From Octopus bimaculoides (lineage: Eukaryota): 64,000 bases of DNA. Below the pieces are notes generated by a model. The model ran no database searches. It was not told the origin of the DNA and worked only from the letters and a program-made list of their open reading frames with translations. The stretch covers positions 73,991,779 through 74,055,778 of the forward strand of contig NC_068991.1 in the NCBI RefSeq assembly GCF_001194135.2. Reading direction: 5' to 3'. This document shows positions 24,182-39,319 of this stretch, piece after piece. Every line of letters begins with the position of its first letter. The stretch's first letter is position 1. The position numbers and the translations under genes were made by a program.

Positions 24182-27100
24182 TTACCTGTCTTTCTGAACG
24201 TTATCAATGAAATAAAGTTGGGAAGGGCACTCTTGTGTAGGTATGCTGAGCGTACTTACACGGTGAATAATTCAATAGGATATCAAGTAGTTAGCCAAGG
24301 TGTTAAATTTTTGCCTGTCACTAATTTTGTGGTTGTGGGTCATCATTATTGTATATGAGAGTTCGGTGAGGCTATAAATTTTACTGTAGTACAATTTGAT
24401 CTCAAATATGTCGCCTCTGACTTATGTACTTAAAAAAATCTGATCTACCTTATCCTGTTACTTTTTCCCATATGAGTATAATGCTGCTCGGCTGCACAAT
24501 TTTGACTCTAATGGTTTTGTATTATATTTCTTAATGACATGAGTAAAAATGGTAGTTCCATCCTGTCTCTGAAACCACTGACAATAGGAATGAAAGAAGC
24601 TACTCTGGGAGACCAATGGTACCTCCACAGTTGGTATAATTAATCATAACAGCTGGATAATTATGGATTGCTACATGTGATGTTTCCTCGTGTACCACAG
24701 TCTTCTTTCACATGTTTAACTCATAGTATATGCTGCAATCCACCACATGTGAGAGTCCACAATGGAAATGTGAATAGCTGTGTGAGGCTGAAGTATTTGT
24801 CAGTTCTCAAGAGGACATCTTTTATAACCTGATCTTTTATGGCGTAGCGCTGACCAATGGTAAGATTTGAATCCTTAGCCAGAATTTAAACTCGGAATGT
24901 TAAGAACTGTCATCTTATCTGATGTTCTAACATTTTTTGCCTATGGATAATAGCCTTTTGATTTCAATATTACTTGGGTGGACCCTCTCAGTTATTTGAT
25001 GCTTAAAGAAATTCTGTTATATTTTTATAATTAAATATTAGGAATTGTATTAAAAAACAAAAATATTTATATTTTGTGTATTGTTGAAGTATGGGACATG
25101 AATTTTAACCATAAAATCTTATAAGGACCCCTCAAGGGCTATATGAACCCCAGTTGAGGACCCACTAACCCATTGCTTTATCAAATTTAATCACATGGTT
25201 TTGGTTAGCCCAGGGCTGTATAGTAAAAGACATTTGGTCAAGATGTCACATGTGCTTCTTAACCATGCTGACCCCTGTATAGTCATGTTTAGCTTTATTT
25301 GGTTTCCATGGACCATGTCACTGTAGTACAGCGAGTACTTCAATGAGGCCATCTCTGATGGTGATTGTTTCTGGCTTGGCTTTTATTAACCCTAAACCTC
25401 ATCTGTGTGGTCTTCTTTATGTCTATTCACCTGAGTCCTCATTATGGCAAAAGAGATGATTAAGCTTTTCTGTTAATTGCAGCATTATAAAGATTGAAGG
25501 CTGGTGTTTACAATTTGACACCTGGACAGAACATTTAATTGTACCTGTCTTATTTTACCTGTGATGACACTTGAAACTTTTGAAACTTAAGTACTTGCTT
25601 GCTGAGTCAGTTTAGCTCAAATACAAACCTCCTTTGTTTTTTAATTCCAGTCAATTTAGAGAGCAAATTTAGATTAAAAGTCAAAACATTCTTCCTTCGT
25701 CTCTGGTTAGTATTGACAGGTTTAAAGGCTTTCTTTCTTTCATCGTCATCATCATTGTTTAACGTCCGCTTTCCATGATGGCATGGGTTGGATGATTTGA
25801 CTGATGACTGGTGAACCAGATGGCTACACCAGACTCCAATCTGATTTGGCAGAGTTTCTACAGCTGGATGCCCTTCCTAACGCCAACCACTCCGAGAGTG
25901 TAATGGGTGCTTTTTACATGCCACTGGCACGAAGGCCAGTCAGGTGGTACTGGCAATGACCACACTCAAAATGGTGTATTTTACGTGCCACCTGCACAGG
26001 AGCCACAGTCCAGTGGTATTGGCATTTGCAATAATTTTCAAGCTTTCATGTTTAATTTCCATATGGTGAATTATAAGTTTGCATAAAAGACTTGGAGAAA
26101 AATTCAATAATTGTAAATCACATTCTTGGGTTTTCTACTTATAATTTTTACTAATATTCATGAATTCTGGTTTCCAGAGAATTTTGGTCTTGTATCTTCC
26201 CCTACTTCTGGTACTCTTGTCCCACTTTTCTTTCCTCTACTCAAGACCCTCTTGCTGTGCTCCCTCTCTCCCATCACCAGTCTACACACTGATGGTTGAT
26301 GTTCTCAGAACACCCCCCCCCCCAAGAGTCTCTTCCTTGCTCATGTCCTTTCTGCAGTTTCCCCCTTTTCATACCAGCCCACCTGAGGCTGCCCCTAATT
26401 TCTCTGATACAAATTTTGAGTTTAAAGTGATCTAAATTAAAACCTTCCATTAATATTTCTCATGTTAATTGATGTTTCAAACACCAGCTTAACGAGACGA
26501 TTTCAACAGACATCTGGTAACCAAAGTTATGATGCAGAATTCTATTGGCATCATTTTTTCTGTTTCCTAGGAGCCTGCAAAAGGTATAGCCACAGGTATT
26601 AACCCCTTTCTCCAGTCCTCACCCCGCTCCAAATATTAAAGATTTTTTTCAGAGCTAATTGTAGAAATAGTTGTGTGGACTTGTGACATGTATCATGTTA
26701 TACCAAATCAATTCCAGACGAGAATTTAGAATTAAACCTCCATGAATTTTACATCTCTCATTAAACAATTCAACAATTTCATCTTACTCTTCTCATCTCA
26801 ATGGTATTTAGAATAATTGTACATTTGGTTGTATATTTTACTTACATCATCACACTTATATAAAGACCCTTGTAGAAAAAGTTATGTATGGAATTAAAAC
26901 TTTCTTTAGTACCAACTTGCTTTAAATACAAGCTCAGGTCTCATATTACCAACTTGGAAAAAAACTGCTTATATTAAAGTGTTCATATTTAATTGTAGTT
27001 AATTGGTTAAAGTATGAAAATTTAATTAGTTAAACTTCCATTGCTATTTTAATTAAGAATCGTTTTCTGCCCTTTGGCTTGGTATATTGTCAAAGTCTGT

Positions 27101-27289
27101 AGCTGTTTGATGTAAAACTTCTGAATACTTTGAAGTTTAATGGAACCATACATAGCCTGTGTATTCTTCTTGGAAAAGGGTCATGAAATCCTTTATCGGA
27201 ACAAATCCTATTAACATTGCTGTCATTTTAACATTCATTTTTTTTTCATGCTGGAATAGGCTGAAGAAATTTGTAGGCATCCCTTCGAA

Positions 27290-27790
27290 TGTTTGACCTA
27301 TTTATTTCATCCCATATTTTCTTTGGTCTACCTTCCACTCCACTTCAACTATTTTTGCTATTTCACACCAATAGGTCATGGTATTTTTCACCATTATTTA
27401 GAATATTTGCATGACATGTCTGTATTTGTTAAGTCAGCTTCCTCGTGTNNNNNNNNNNNNNNNNNNNNNNNNNNNNNNNNNNNNNNNNNNNNNNNNNNNN
27501 NNNNNNNNNNNNNNNNNNNNNNNNNNNNNNNNNNNNNNNNNNNNNNNNTTTTAGGGTTTTTGTTACACTGAAAATGGGTGGTGCATATATTCTTTACCTC
27601 CGCCAATACTCCTAATTTCATGATTAATTGCATGCGTTGATTGGGTCTTCACCCTCATGCATTTTGCTGCTTGTTGGGTCCTTTGCCATCCCCATTATGA
27701 AGTTCAGTGTCCTGAAATCACTTTCTGTCAATTATTCTCATGTCTTTCATGACTTCTCTTGGACAAATGTCTTCTGTTACAACCCTGGGT
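27290..27790 (-). mobile_element. Decayed RTE LINE 3' fragments
   Basis: GRPKKIWDEI-like translation near 27300-27350, plus a second degenerate RTE C-terminal stretch at 27620-27760. Confidence 0.5.
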
Positions 27791-27842
27791 TGACCAATGC
27801 CATGTGAGTGAATTTCCTAGATGGAAACTGTACAAAGCCTAT

Positions 27843-27883
<41 letters not shown>

Positions 27884-28684
27884 GTGTGGATCTCGAAGCA
27901 CAAAGCTATAAATATGTAAACATTGGGTTGAAAAGCCCTTTTGGATAGAAATCCCTGTCATGCCTACAAGAGATGGTGGTTCATGTTCCACAGCCTTCAG
28001 CTTTTCCTGCGTGGCACTTTGGGCAAGTGCCTGGTGAGTGAATTTGGTTGATGGAAACTGCTTGTGTGTCTTAGTGTGTCTGTGTTTGTCCCCCACCACC
28101 TCTTGATAATGAGTATTGATGTATTCACATCCCTGTAACCTAGTGGCTTGGCGAAAGAGACTGCTTTAAAAAAGATGTCCTAGGGTCAGTTCATGGCTGT
28201 CGTTGAATACCTGAAGCAAGTAAAACTAAAAGATAAAGATATATATATTGTGTGTGTGTGTTTGCATTTTGTGATAGTATGGAAAAACTCTTGTGTCAAC
28301 AAAATGTCTTTTGATGACTGGAATGGAAATGCTTACCTTCCAATCAATTGCTTTCAGTACTTCAGATTGATATATACTTCCTCCAGTCTTGTGCTAAAAT
28401 GTGTTGGCCAGTAGTTTACCGTGGTGGTGGTGAGTGTACTGAGGAACTTAAAAGTCACAGATCAAGTTCTCGGTCAATAATCTGGCTTAGGTTTTGTAAT
28501 AAATCATTAGTGTGACTGCTATACCAGTTTACAGTTTAGAATTTAATACATAGCATTGCTATGGAGACAATAGATCCAGATGAATAAATAAATAGATTAG
28601 TTGAATACAATGAGGAAATTAAAAAAAAAAATTTGTATGTTCTTTTTTTATGTGATTGCGCACACACACACACACGCACGCACG

Positions 28685-28759
<75 letters not shown>

Positions 28760-29124
28760 CACATCTGCTCACACAGTAGTTGTGATCTAGTTGTTTGTAT
28801 TACCAGCGATTGTCTTAAATAGTTTTAGAATATTTTAAAATAATACAATTACCTACTTGCAGTTATGTGTACTAAAATGTCACTATCTAAATTAAAATCA
28901 TAAATAATGTTGTGAGTTTGGTCAATGCTAGCCATAATATACAGATATATAACTGCAGATGTTTTACTTATCTTCTTCATCGCTGCTGTTTTAATGCCTA
29001 CTTTTCCATGATTGTATGAGTTGGAAAGAATTTTTTGAGGCTGATTTTTCTATGGCTGGATGTTCTTCCTGTCACCAACCCTCACCTGTTTTGCAACTGA
29101 GCTAAATATTTCTCTCCATAGCTG

Positions 29125-29375
29125 CAGGGCCGTGGAGTCGGAGTCAGAAACAATTAAGGGATAGCTGAAGTCGGAGTTGGAATCAGTAAGACTATACTGA
29201 CTCCGACTCAGAATATCTTTATTTCTTTAATATAAACCAGTTATAACACATAGGCCTACGCAAAGTACAAGCATATGCATATGTGTTTATGAGATATGTA
29301 GACCATAATCACTTGATTACATAAAGAGGAGTCTGAATCAGTCAGTTGAAGTTTATTGTTTCGACTCCTTGACTG
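29125..29375. mobile_element. Degenerate DNA-transposon MITE with GGAGTC subterminal repeats
   Basis: Starts CAGGGCCGTGGAGTCGGAGTC; inverted GACTCC motifs internally and at the right end. No TSD seen. Confidence 0.5.
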
Positions 29376-32300
29376 GACAGGTTTCCATGGAAGACTGAAA
29401 ACTATATGACAGTGATGCTCTTTTGCAACCTTTTCACAATGTAAAGACAGAGAGAGAGACGCAGATACACATGTGAGCTGCTTTCATTTTCCATCCATAA
29501 AATGCACTCACTGGGCTTTGGTTGGCTTGAGGCCATAGAAGACATTTGTCTGAGGGTACCATGCAGCCGGACTGAACCTAGAACCATGTAGTTGGGAAGC
29601 AAACCTCTCAAACACACAACCATACCTGTGACTATTGTTAGCCATACCTAAATGTTAATTCTACTGAAAATTAGCTGAAGTCCATTGGCAGTCTGCCATT
29701 AATCATGAAAACGTTAACAACTGTAAAGCTTCCACACTGCCTGTGACTTCCCTTGGTTCTGTGCTATAAACCTGGCCATTTTGAGAAATTCATGTTGCAA
29801 ACACCAGCTTTGTAATGAAGTTAGTTTTGGATAAATCTTTTATTATAGCAATTTCATTCTAAATATGGTTTTAGAACAGTGAAATAAGTATTGTTGTCAG
29901 TCTTAAACGAAGGACATTTTGGGATGTGCAATTGTTCTTGCAGGTGTTGGCCACATTACAGAGGCATTGTGCTCTTGAAAATCTTACTGCAAACATCGGG
30001 GTTTCATAATGTGAAACTTTTTTCTCACAGAATCAGTGAGAAGATACATTTTGCATTTCACAACATCTCTTACCGTATCATTTCAGTGTTCAGCCTCTAA
30101 CTTTGTTTTGTCACATTTAATTTACATAATCTTCTCTTTAAACTCCCGTTTTCAAGAAATATTGGGAATTTTACATGCAGCTTTACGCTAATTGCGTTAA
30201 TTATCTCATCAAGGTAAAATGGTGCAACATCTGCAGCAAGCTAACAACCTATTAACATACTGAACTGCCAATGTTGGGGTGGGTGGGTGGAAAAAAACAA
30301 TAACTAAATACCACTTAGTAGTTTTAAGTTAAGTCTTACCCTGCTAATTTATTAACCGTGTAGGTTTATAAGGAAACCATTTTGATACCAACCAGCCAGC
30401 CAGCCAGCCAGAAACTGCTGCTGGTTCTCTGATACAAACCACCTGAAAGTGGTTGTAAATTGAATGAAGCCTTCAATCAAAATTTCTTCTTTCATCTTTA
30501 GACTGCAGCCATGCTGGAGCATTCCTTGAACAAATTGACTTCATTATTTAAGAGATTATTTTTTTTTAAGCCTGGTGCTTATTCTGTTGGTTTCTATTGT
30601 TGAGCTGCTAAGTTAGTTATTGGGATGTAAACAAACCAACACCTGATTGTCAAGCAGTGGTGCAAGGACAGCACGAAGACCCTCCATGAACTTGTAGGTT
30701 TTATGCAAAGTGTCATGGCTGCATATGCATGACACTCGGGTGTGAAAAAGTTAGGGAGAAATGATAGGCGGCGCCACCTGCCAGCACCGAGTGTTGGTGG
30801 TGGTGGTGAAGGCAAATAAGATGTGAAAGAGTGTGCATTTCAAACTGAACGTTGGTGATCAGCAAAATTGATAGTGTGGATTAGAGAGCACCATGAACAT
30901 ATTCTGATGGGAAGCCATACATATGGGAGATGGATGACAGTCTCTTTGAGACTCTCCCCTTTCATTAAGGTTTGTGACAGCCTAGACTGTTGGTCCTTTT
31001 TAACTATTTTATTTGTTCTAATTATTTGAATTACCTGTGAGATGTTTCTTTATTTAATATGTTTTCCATGCTAGTATGGGTTAGATGGGAATTGATTTTG
31101 AGATAGGATTTTACCGATGGATGTTTTTCCCTGTTGCGCCAACCCCTCACGTTTTACAGGTAAGAGATTTTTTTTTTTTTATATTCTACAGCTTTTTGAA
31201 AGCATAGATCAGCATCTGGTCATAATATCAGCAGGAATGTCTATCAGCTCTGCTCTGCTCAAACTAGATCAAAAAAAATATTCATATTCATCTTCCCCCA
31301 CGCTAGCTTGGATTCGATGGTTGGGCAAAATTCAATGAAACAGAAGACCATATTGTATCCCTATGTTTCTTGTATGATGCTTTCTTCTATTATCTGATTA
31401 ACAGTATGAGTAACCTGTGTCCTACTTGACCAAATATTCTGTCTCTGCAACTAATTCCAACAGGCCAGCCACTTTTTTGTGCCATCTTATTCCTAAATGT
31501 CCTGTCTACCATATTGTTGTGGACTTGGATGTTTTTGCGTGTGTACAACAGTCTTCCCTACAGTTTCTTATTTGTTTTTACTGCCCACAAGGGGCTACAC
31601 ACAGAGGGGACAAATGGATTAAGTTGATTATATCGACCCCAGTGCGTAACTGGTACTTATTTAATCAACCCCGAAAGGATGAAAAGCAAAGTCGACCTCA
31701 GTGGAATTTGAACTCAGAACGTAGCGGCAGACGAAATACCACTAAGCATTTCGCCCGATGTGCTAACGTTTCTGCCAGCTCGCCGTCTTCCCTACAGTTT
31801 CCATCTACCAAATTCATTCACAAGGAATTGGTTGATTTTGGACTAAAGACACTTGCCCAAGGTGCAACATGGTGAAATTGAACTCAAAACCTTTTGGTTG
31901 TGAAGCTGATTTCTTAGCCCATACAGCCGTGCCTCTAACATTTACTATTCCTCTCGTTTCAGTGCGTCACATCATCTCTTGTCTTAATATTATCTTTCTT
32001 TCTCCTCTGTGTGGGTGTTGGATTTGATCTCGCTGTTCATTCCCTCACATGTGGCTTGTTACATCTTAGTACTTTCAAATTAAAATTTGAGGTAATTATG
32101 TAATGTGATTTATGTTACAATTGAGATTTTTGTTTCATTCATCCTACATTTTAGTTCTATTTTAGAGTAGGTGGGCACTAGAATGGCTTCCATCATTTCC
32201 ACTGCTGTTTTTCATTTTAATTATTGAAACCTAATTTTCTATGTAAAATCTAATCTAATTAAATCTATCTTTGTTTGTATTATACCTATATATTCCATTT

Positions 32301-32782
32301 ATTGTTATCTCGTGCGATATTTCCATTCCGTAGACATTGCTATTTATCACCATTTCATCTTTGCCGATGCTGTTTTCAAATATTGTCTTTTGGCTTTTTA
32401 TTCTGTCAGCTTCTTTTCAAATGCATATTACACATTCAGCAATTATTCAGGTCTTCTTAATTTCTCTTCACATTTCTCATCATTGTTTTACATCTGCTTT
32501 TCATGCTTGTAGGGGTTGAAAGGACCACTTGTTTCAGTTTCATTTTTGGCAGCTTGGTTGAAAATGTGAACAAATGACACCGATTTCTAGTTCATGTGGA
32601 GTTTAGAGCATAATCATTCATGATGATACACACGCACACTATCACCATCATATCTGCCAGCCCTCCGCCTTGGCATGGATTAGATGGTTTACGACAGATG
32701 TCTGCACATATTTGGGAATATTACTCATCTGGATGGGTCAAAAAACTGCAATATATACAGACACAGCACGTGTGTGTGCGTG

Positions 32783-32883
<101 letters not shown>

Positions 32884-35800
32884 GCACACGCACAAAGGTT
32901 TGCTGAAAGGTGTATAGCTTTGGGTAAAAGAAAATACATGAGGATCAGTTAATTATGATTTTATTCCACATATCCCATCCAACCCATGCCAGCATGGAAA
33001 ACGGATGTTAAACAACAATGATGATGATGATGGTCCATTCTCAGGTTCACACGCTTATTGCAGCTGCCCTTCAGTTTTTCTAAGCCCTGTAAAAGAACTT
33101 GGCAGGTTGGGCCTCCAACCAGGCCTTTTGTAATACCTTTAAAGCCAAGAACTTTTCAGCACACCCACACACACACACACAAACTGCTATGCATATTCTG
33201 TCTGCTAATTTCACTAATAAGGCATTGGTCAGCCTAAGGCGACAGTAGAAGCTGCTTGTCTCCAGTTGTTTTGTATTGAGACAGTACTCAAGAGCCTGTA
33301 GTGGATTGGATTGGATTGTTCATGTCCAGTCCACTACAGAACGAATGCCTCAGCATGTTCTGTCCATCAACCACAGGTCTGATGTGGAGGCCATGAATTT
33401 GAGCTTGAAACCATATTGGTTTGATAATCCCACTCTGCCGCACTGGCTTGACATGAATTGTCATAGGGGTGCAGTTTTTAATACTCTATCCAGGGATAGT
33501 TAAGTCTATTACATTGACCCCCCCCTCCCCCCAGTACTCAACTTATTTTATCGGCCTTGAAAGGATACAAGGCAAAGTTGGCCACAGAGGAATTTGAACT
33601 CTGGATAAAAAAGATGGACTAAATACTGGTAAGCATTTCGCCTGGTCTGCTAATGATTCTGCCAGCTTGCCATCTAGAGAATTTGCTGACTAAAAGAATT
33701 CTGTATGTACACAGTCATGTTTGCACCTCAAAATATTAATGACCGTTTTTCTGTGATAACATGGGTCAGATGGATAATGGGGAAACTATATTATGTAAAT
33801 TGTAGCTTTTCACAGCATTGTATTAAACCTGAGACAAACTAAAGAACTTAAGCATCATCATCATCATTATCATCACCATTTGATGACCATTTTCTGTGCC
33901 TGAATAGGTCGGATGGTTTGAGAGGAGCTGGTGAGGCAGAGGACAGTACCAAGCTGCAATGTCTGTTTTGGCTGGAGTTCCTTCCGAATGCCAGCCTCTT
34001 TATAGTGTGTGTGTGTTGGGTACTATTCTAGCACCAGTGCGGTCACCAAGTGACTTGCAAGACAAGATTCCTGCCACTTTTTATCAGATGTGTTGCAGCA
34101 GGACATATTCCGACTGGAGTTTCTGTCTCTCTCTCTCTCTTGCGAATAGGCTTAATTGTTCAAAAATACGAGTGGTAACTCATATGTTTTATATAAAAGA
34201 GGTGAGCGAATGCCACAGTTTTTAAGAACAACTTTGCTTTTATTCTTGTCTTTGTTGTGGTCATATGACTGAAATGGTGAGTGAACTGGCTGTTGTCAAG
34301 GAAGTGGAGACTATTCTCAATATTAAACACCCACTCATTTTGTGTTTTAGGTGGTGAACATTGTTTACTCAGAGAGATGGCAGAGTTGCATCTGCCATTT
34401 GAAGATTCTCTGTGATCACCATGGCATAAGACTCACCATATGCTAACTTTTTTGCTTCAGCACACACCAAATATAAACTGATGGCCATTTTGTAATTATA
34501 TTTACTAAAAGTGGGTTTTTGCTATGCGTTTGTGAAGAGAGGATGTAATATGTGAGTGAGCCTGTTTCCAGTAGACTATTTTTGTTCTTTTTTTTTTTTC
34601 TGGTGGGTGAATTGGTGTAATATTTACAGACAAAAGAAATTAGAAAGTTTATTGTGTAAGAATCAATTTTACAAAGTATGTATTTTTTTTTTTTACTTGT
34701 TTCAGTCATAGGACTGTAGCCATGTTGAGGTACCACCTTTAAAAGTTTAGTCGGAGAAATTGACTTTCCTACAGTTTTTTTAAAAGTACGGTACCTTATC
34801 AGTTTATTTTGCCACATTGCAAAGTTACAGGATTGTAAACAAGCATAAAGACACCCCCCTCACACATCTGACAGGCTTCCACAGAGTTTCTGTCCACCAA
34901 ATTCACCCACAAGGCATTGGTTGTTCCAGGGCTATAATAGAAGACACTTGCTCAAGGTGCCACACAGTGGAACTGAACCCAGAACCATGTGGTTATAAGG
35001 CAAGCTTAACTATACAGCTTATGTTAGCATATATTGCAAACATTCTCTACAAAATATTGTTTAAAGATTTTTTCCCTTTTTTACATCTTTTAGTCCGAAG
35101 AGAAGGCAGCACCCATCACCCTTCACAAGGTCCCTGATATTAGTGGGGTCAAGATAGAGAAGAAAGGGCCCTTAAATTGGAGACCTAATGTGACTGCTTG
35201 CAACAGAGTGGACCCCAAGATGTCGGGTGGTGGTGTTATAAACTGGGCAACTCGAGTGGGCCATCAAGGGATTTGAACTGGAACATATACTGCAAGTGAC
35301 CCCAGTCCAATGCTCTTAAGGTTCTTACACATCCCTCGATTGGTACTTACCAGTATTTTGTCCATCTTTTATATTCTGAGTTCAAATTCTGCTGTGGCTG
35401 ACTTTGCCCTATATCCTTTCGAGGTCAATAAAATAAAGTACCAGTTGAATACTGGGGTCAATGTAATAGACTTTTGAATGAAGGCAAAGTTGACTATGGT
35501 AGGATATGAACTCAGAACGCTTGGTGTCAGAATCTGTTCTCATGATTCTGCTACCTTGCTGTTGTGTCAGTTTTTGTCTTTCTCCAATTCTAGATATTAA
35601 AATAAATTTAATGTGTTTGTATCTGGATTTAGCATATATGAGACTTATGGCATGTTTTACTTATGTAATGGAATTAGTAATGTAGAATATTTCTCAGATT
35701 AAATTTTACTTTTTCACTAATTAGTTTGTGTGTATGTGAAGTTTACTTTCTGACCATGTGGTTTTGGTTCTGTCCCACTGTGTACTGCCTTGCGAAAGTG

Positions 35801-36961
35801 TCTCCTACTTCAGCCCTGGGTCAACCTAAGCATTTATGAGTAGATTTGGTAGATAAAAACTGAACGAAGCCTGATGTGTGTGTGTGTTTGTTTTGATATT
35901 GTGTAATTGTTGTTAAATGAATGTCATTCATTTCCAATATTCTGCAAAAACATGTCTGACCATGGGAAAGAATTATTTTGTTTGGTATTAGGTAAGGGTT
36001 GGCAGCAAGATGAGCATCCAGCTGTAGAAAATCTGCCTCAGTAAATTCCATGTGACCCCTGCAGACATGGAGAGGTGGATTTTAAAATGATGATGATTGG
36101 AGTGACTAAATTTATACTTATCATTTTAATGACTGTTTTATCTATTTGTTCATGCTGGACAAGTGTTAAAGGTGAGGCAGATTTCTTCTAAGCATCAAAC
36201 ATGCTGTATGTTTTAAGTAGAGAAAACAGCTGAAAAATTAGTTCCAAATTCATTTTGTACTTAGATAATGTTTCACTATTTCACTGCATGGCATAACTTA
36301 TCTCCCTTGCTTTGACTTGAAATGGCTTCACTTGGAACAGTAGCAGGTGTATTACAAGATTGTCTCTTTTCTTTACTTTCCTTAGTTATTCTGTATAAAC
36401 AGGGCTTCCGTTATTAGAAATTTTCATTTTATATATATTTTATTTTTATTTAAAATTTTTTTTTATATATTTCGTTTTGTAATGCTGTTTTAAGTAGTAA
36501 AAAGCATTTAAAAATCCTCTGCTTTCGATATGTGGGAGGTTCGCCTACTTAATCGGTATTCCTTCTAACATGTGCTCTAAAATAGCTAACTACAATTTTG
36601 GTTGGTTGCTGTCTGACAGTGACAAGTCTGTAAAAAACAAAACAAAAAAAAAAAACACAACAATTGTCTGAGTTGTGAAAGTACATTTACTCGTCTTCAC
36701 TGGTTGCCATGGTGTGATAGCGGCTCCTTCATAGTTAGAATGCTTGGTTTTCCTGTTATTGAAATAGTGACTTCCTGTCTATATTTAATCAAGGAGCTTC
36801 TTGTATCACGTTAACAAGTGGTCAAGTATCTAAATTATGAAGGAAAACAAACTGTCAGTCAGTGTACAGTTTTTACAGGGTCTTGAGATTTTAAAAGTTG
36901 TTGGGTTCCCGNNNNNNNNNNNNNNNNNNNNNNNNNNNNNNNNNNNNNNNNNNNNNNNNNN

Positions 36962-37018
<57 letters not shown>

Positions 37019-37508
37019 TTTGCCAATTTACGTAAAAGACACCTTTACAAGTAAAGATTTTTTTCCTTCATTCTTGCAATATGAAGAGCTGTACATACCT
37101 GGTGTACATACCTGGTGTACATACCTGGTGCAGCTCCCTGGCTTATCAGTTTTCAGTCAAACCGTCTAACCCATGCCAGCATGGAAAACAGACGTTAAAT
37201 GATGATGATGAACAAACACGTCATATTATGTTTGACAGAGTAATCTGAATACTAAAGGGTTAAAGCTAAACAACAAGGTGGATTACACGAGAATCAGCAT
37301 TGTTTGTGGAGTTGTGGTAGATGCTTGAGAACCATTGTAGGTTTGTTCACATCCATAATGGAGGAGATTTCTCGAGATAGCATGAGATCCATTTGATGAC
37401 AAGGAAAGTCAAAAGAGTACCTTTGTTGTCATGAACTCCAGCTTGGTTTAAAGATACTTTACTCTGTATCTTCATGATAAACCACTGAACAATCGGACTT
37501 TTTGTTTG

Positions 37509-37552
<44 letters not shown>

Positions 37553-38384
37553 GGTATGTATGCACACACACTAACACATCCCAATTTCACTCACAGAGCA
37601 TTGTTCAGCTGGAAGCTATGATAAATGACACTTGCATAGGCCACTGAGATATTTGATTTTCTTGAGAAATTTTATACAATTCTAATGATTTTTTTTTTTT
37701 TTAGAAATCTTTCAAAATTGAAATTTAATTCTGTAGCATGAAACTGTTTTTACTTGTTGACGGGGGAACTATTAGACAAACCTCATTTAATATCCACTTT
37801 TCAATAGTTGCATGGGTCAGACGGAATTTATTGATGCAGATTTTCTACAGCTGGATGCCTTTCCTGTCACCACCCTTCAACTGTTTTCATGGAGGACAGG
37901 AAATGAACAGCCCATTTACAATCATTACATTATCAAGTCAAGGGTACATGTAAACACACACACACACACACACACACACATATGATGGGCCTCTTTCAGC
38001 CTCCATCTACCAAATCCATTCTCAAGGTTTTGGTTGGCGCTAGGTGCCACTCAGTGGGACTGAACCTAAGACAACATGGTGTGGGGAAGCAAATTTCTTA
38101 ACTACACAACAATAATAGAAATAACCTATTTTTTCTGCAATTTTGTCCATTTATCTAATTGTTGAATACTGGAATAGAAAATGCTTTTGTTTCGATACTC
38201 GTGATTATTTGTGATAAAAATAAACATGGGTGTCTGGTACGGCTGACATAATCTCTGTTGTTGCAATTCTCAAGAAGCACAAGGTAGATAACTCTGTTTA
38301 AGATTTGTTGCTTTTCTTCAGTGGAAACAGAAATGAGTTTTGCAAGGAGTTATATATGAAACTTTCCAGACTGCCTAACTAGAA

Positions 38385-38452
38385 ATTACATTATTTACAT
38401 TTGACGGATATTTGTCCTCATCTTGTTTGTTGTTAACACAATGTTTCGGCTA
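38385..38452 (-). mobile_element. Short truncated copy of PLE family A tail
   Basis: ACATTATTTACATTTGACGGATATTTGTCCTCATCTTGTTTGTTGTTAACACAATGTTTCGGCT matches 60957-61021. Truncated inside HHR stem II. Confidence 0.8.
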
Positions 38453-39107
38453 TGATAATTTAATGTCTACATAGCATAGCTATGTGGTTAAGAAGTTAGC
38501 TTTGTAACCGTGTGGTTTTGAGTTCAGTCTCACATCATCTATGGCCCCAAGGTGATGAATGCCCTGTGAGTGAATTTAGTAGAAGGAAACTGTAGGGAGC
38601 CCATCTCTATTTACACACATACATGTCTGTAAATGTGTGCAAATGTACATAAATGTTGATACAGTAATACTTCACTTTATGAGACCCCCGAGTTTATGAG
38701 TTTTATTCTATGATAGATATAAAAAGGTTAAACAGCCATTTTGTGTGTGGAAATGTCACATGTCGCAACACCAGTTCTGATGTGTCCACACAGTGACGGA
38801 GTAAGATGATGGCATATAATTTCATTACTGCAATGGGAAATTATTGCTCTGCTTTGCGAGTTTCCACTTTTGTGGGTTTCCACTTAGCGAGTGATCTCTG
38901 GGAACAAATTGCCTTGTATATTGAGGCATTATTGTATTTTGCTTCAGTGAGACACTATTGATGGTAACTCTGCAAAAAAAAAAAAAAGACGAACCCCTAC
39001 TTGAAAAACTGGTGAAGGATTGGCATCAGGAAGAACATCCAGTTACCAAATTTAACCTCATAGCAGTTCCTATTTATGCCAGGCTTACTCTGAAAAATGA
39101 ACATTAA

Positions 39108-39319
39108 CCCATTAAGTCCCAGAGTATTTTAATTTCTGAATATTAGTTTAAAATTTTTATAGATGATTGAAAATAGGTTAAAATGGAAAAAATAATTATT
39201 AAAACTGCTTTACTTTGAGTAGAAATGGAAATACTCTCGATGTCCTGTAAATAGGACACTGAGACAATGTGATATAGCTTATTTAATGTCCTATTTATAG
39301 GACAGTGGGACTTAATGGG
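39108..39319. mobile_element. piggyBac-like MITE
   Basis: TTAA target on both sides (39104-39107, 39320-39323); TIR CCCATTAAGTCCCA / TGGGACTTAATGGG. Confidence 0.85.

Noticed and set aside
28337-28393. Minus-strand AG/GTAAGC-bounded 57-nt open exon HKTGGSIYQSEVLKAIDWK
   Set aside because: Isolated, with no partner exons or homology; expected by chance in 64 kb.
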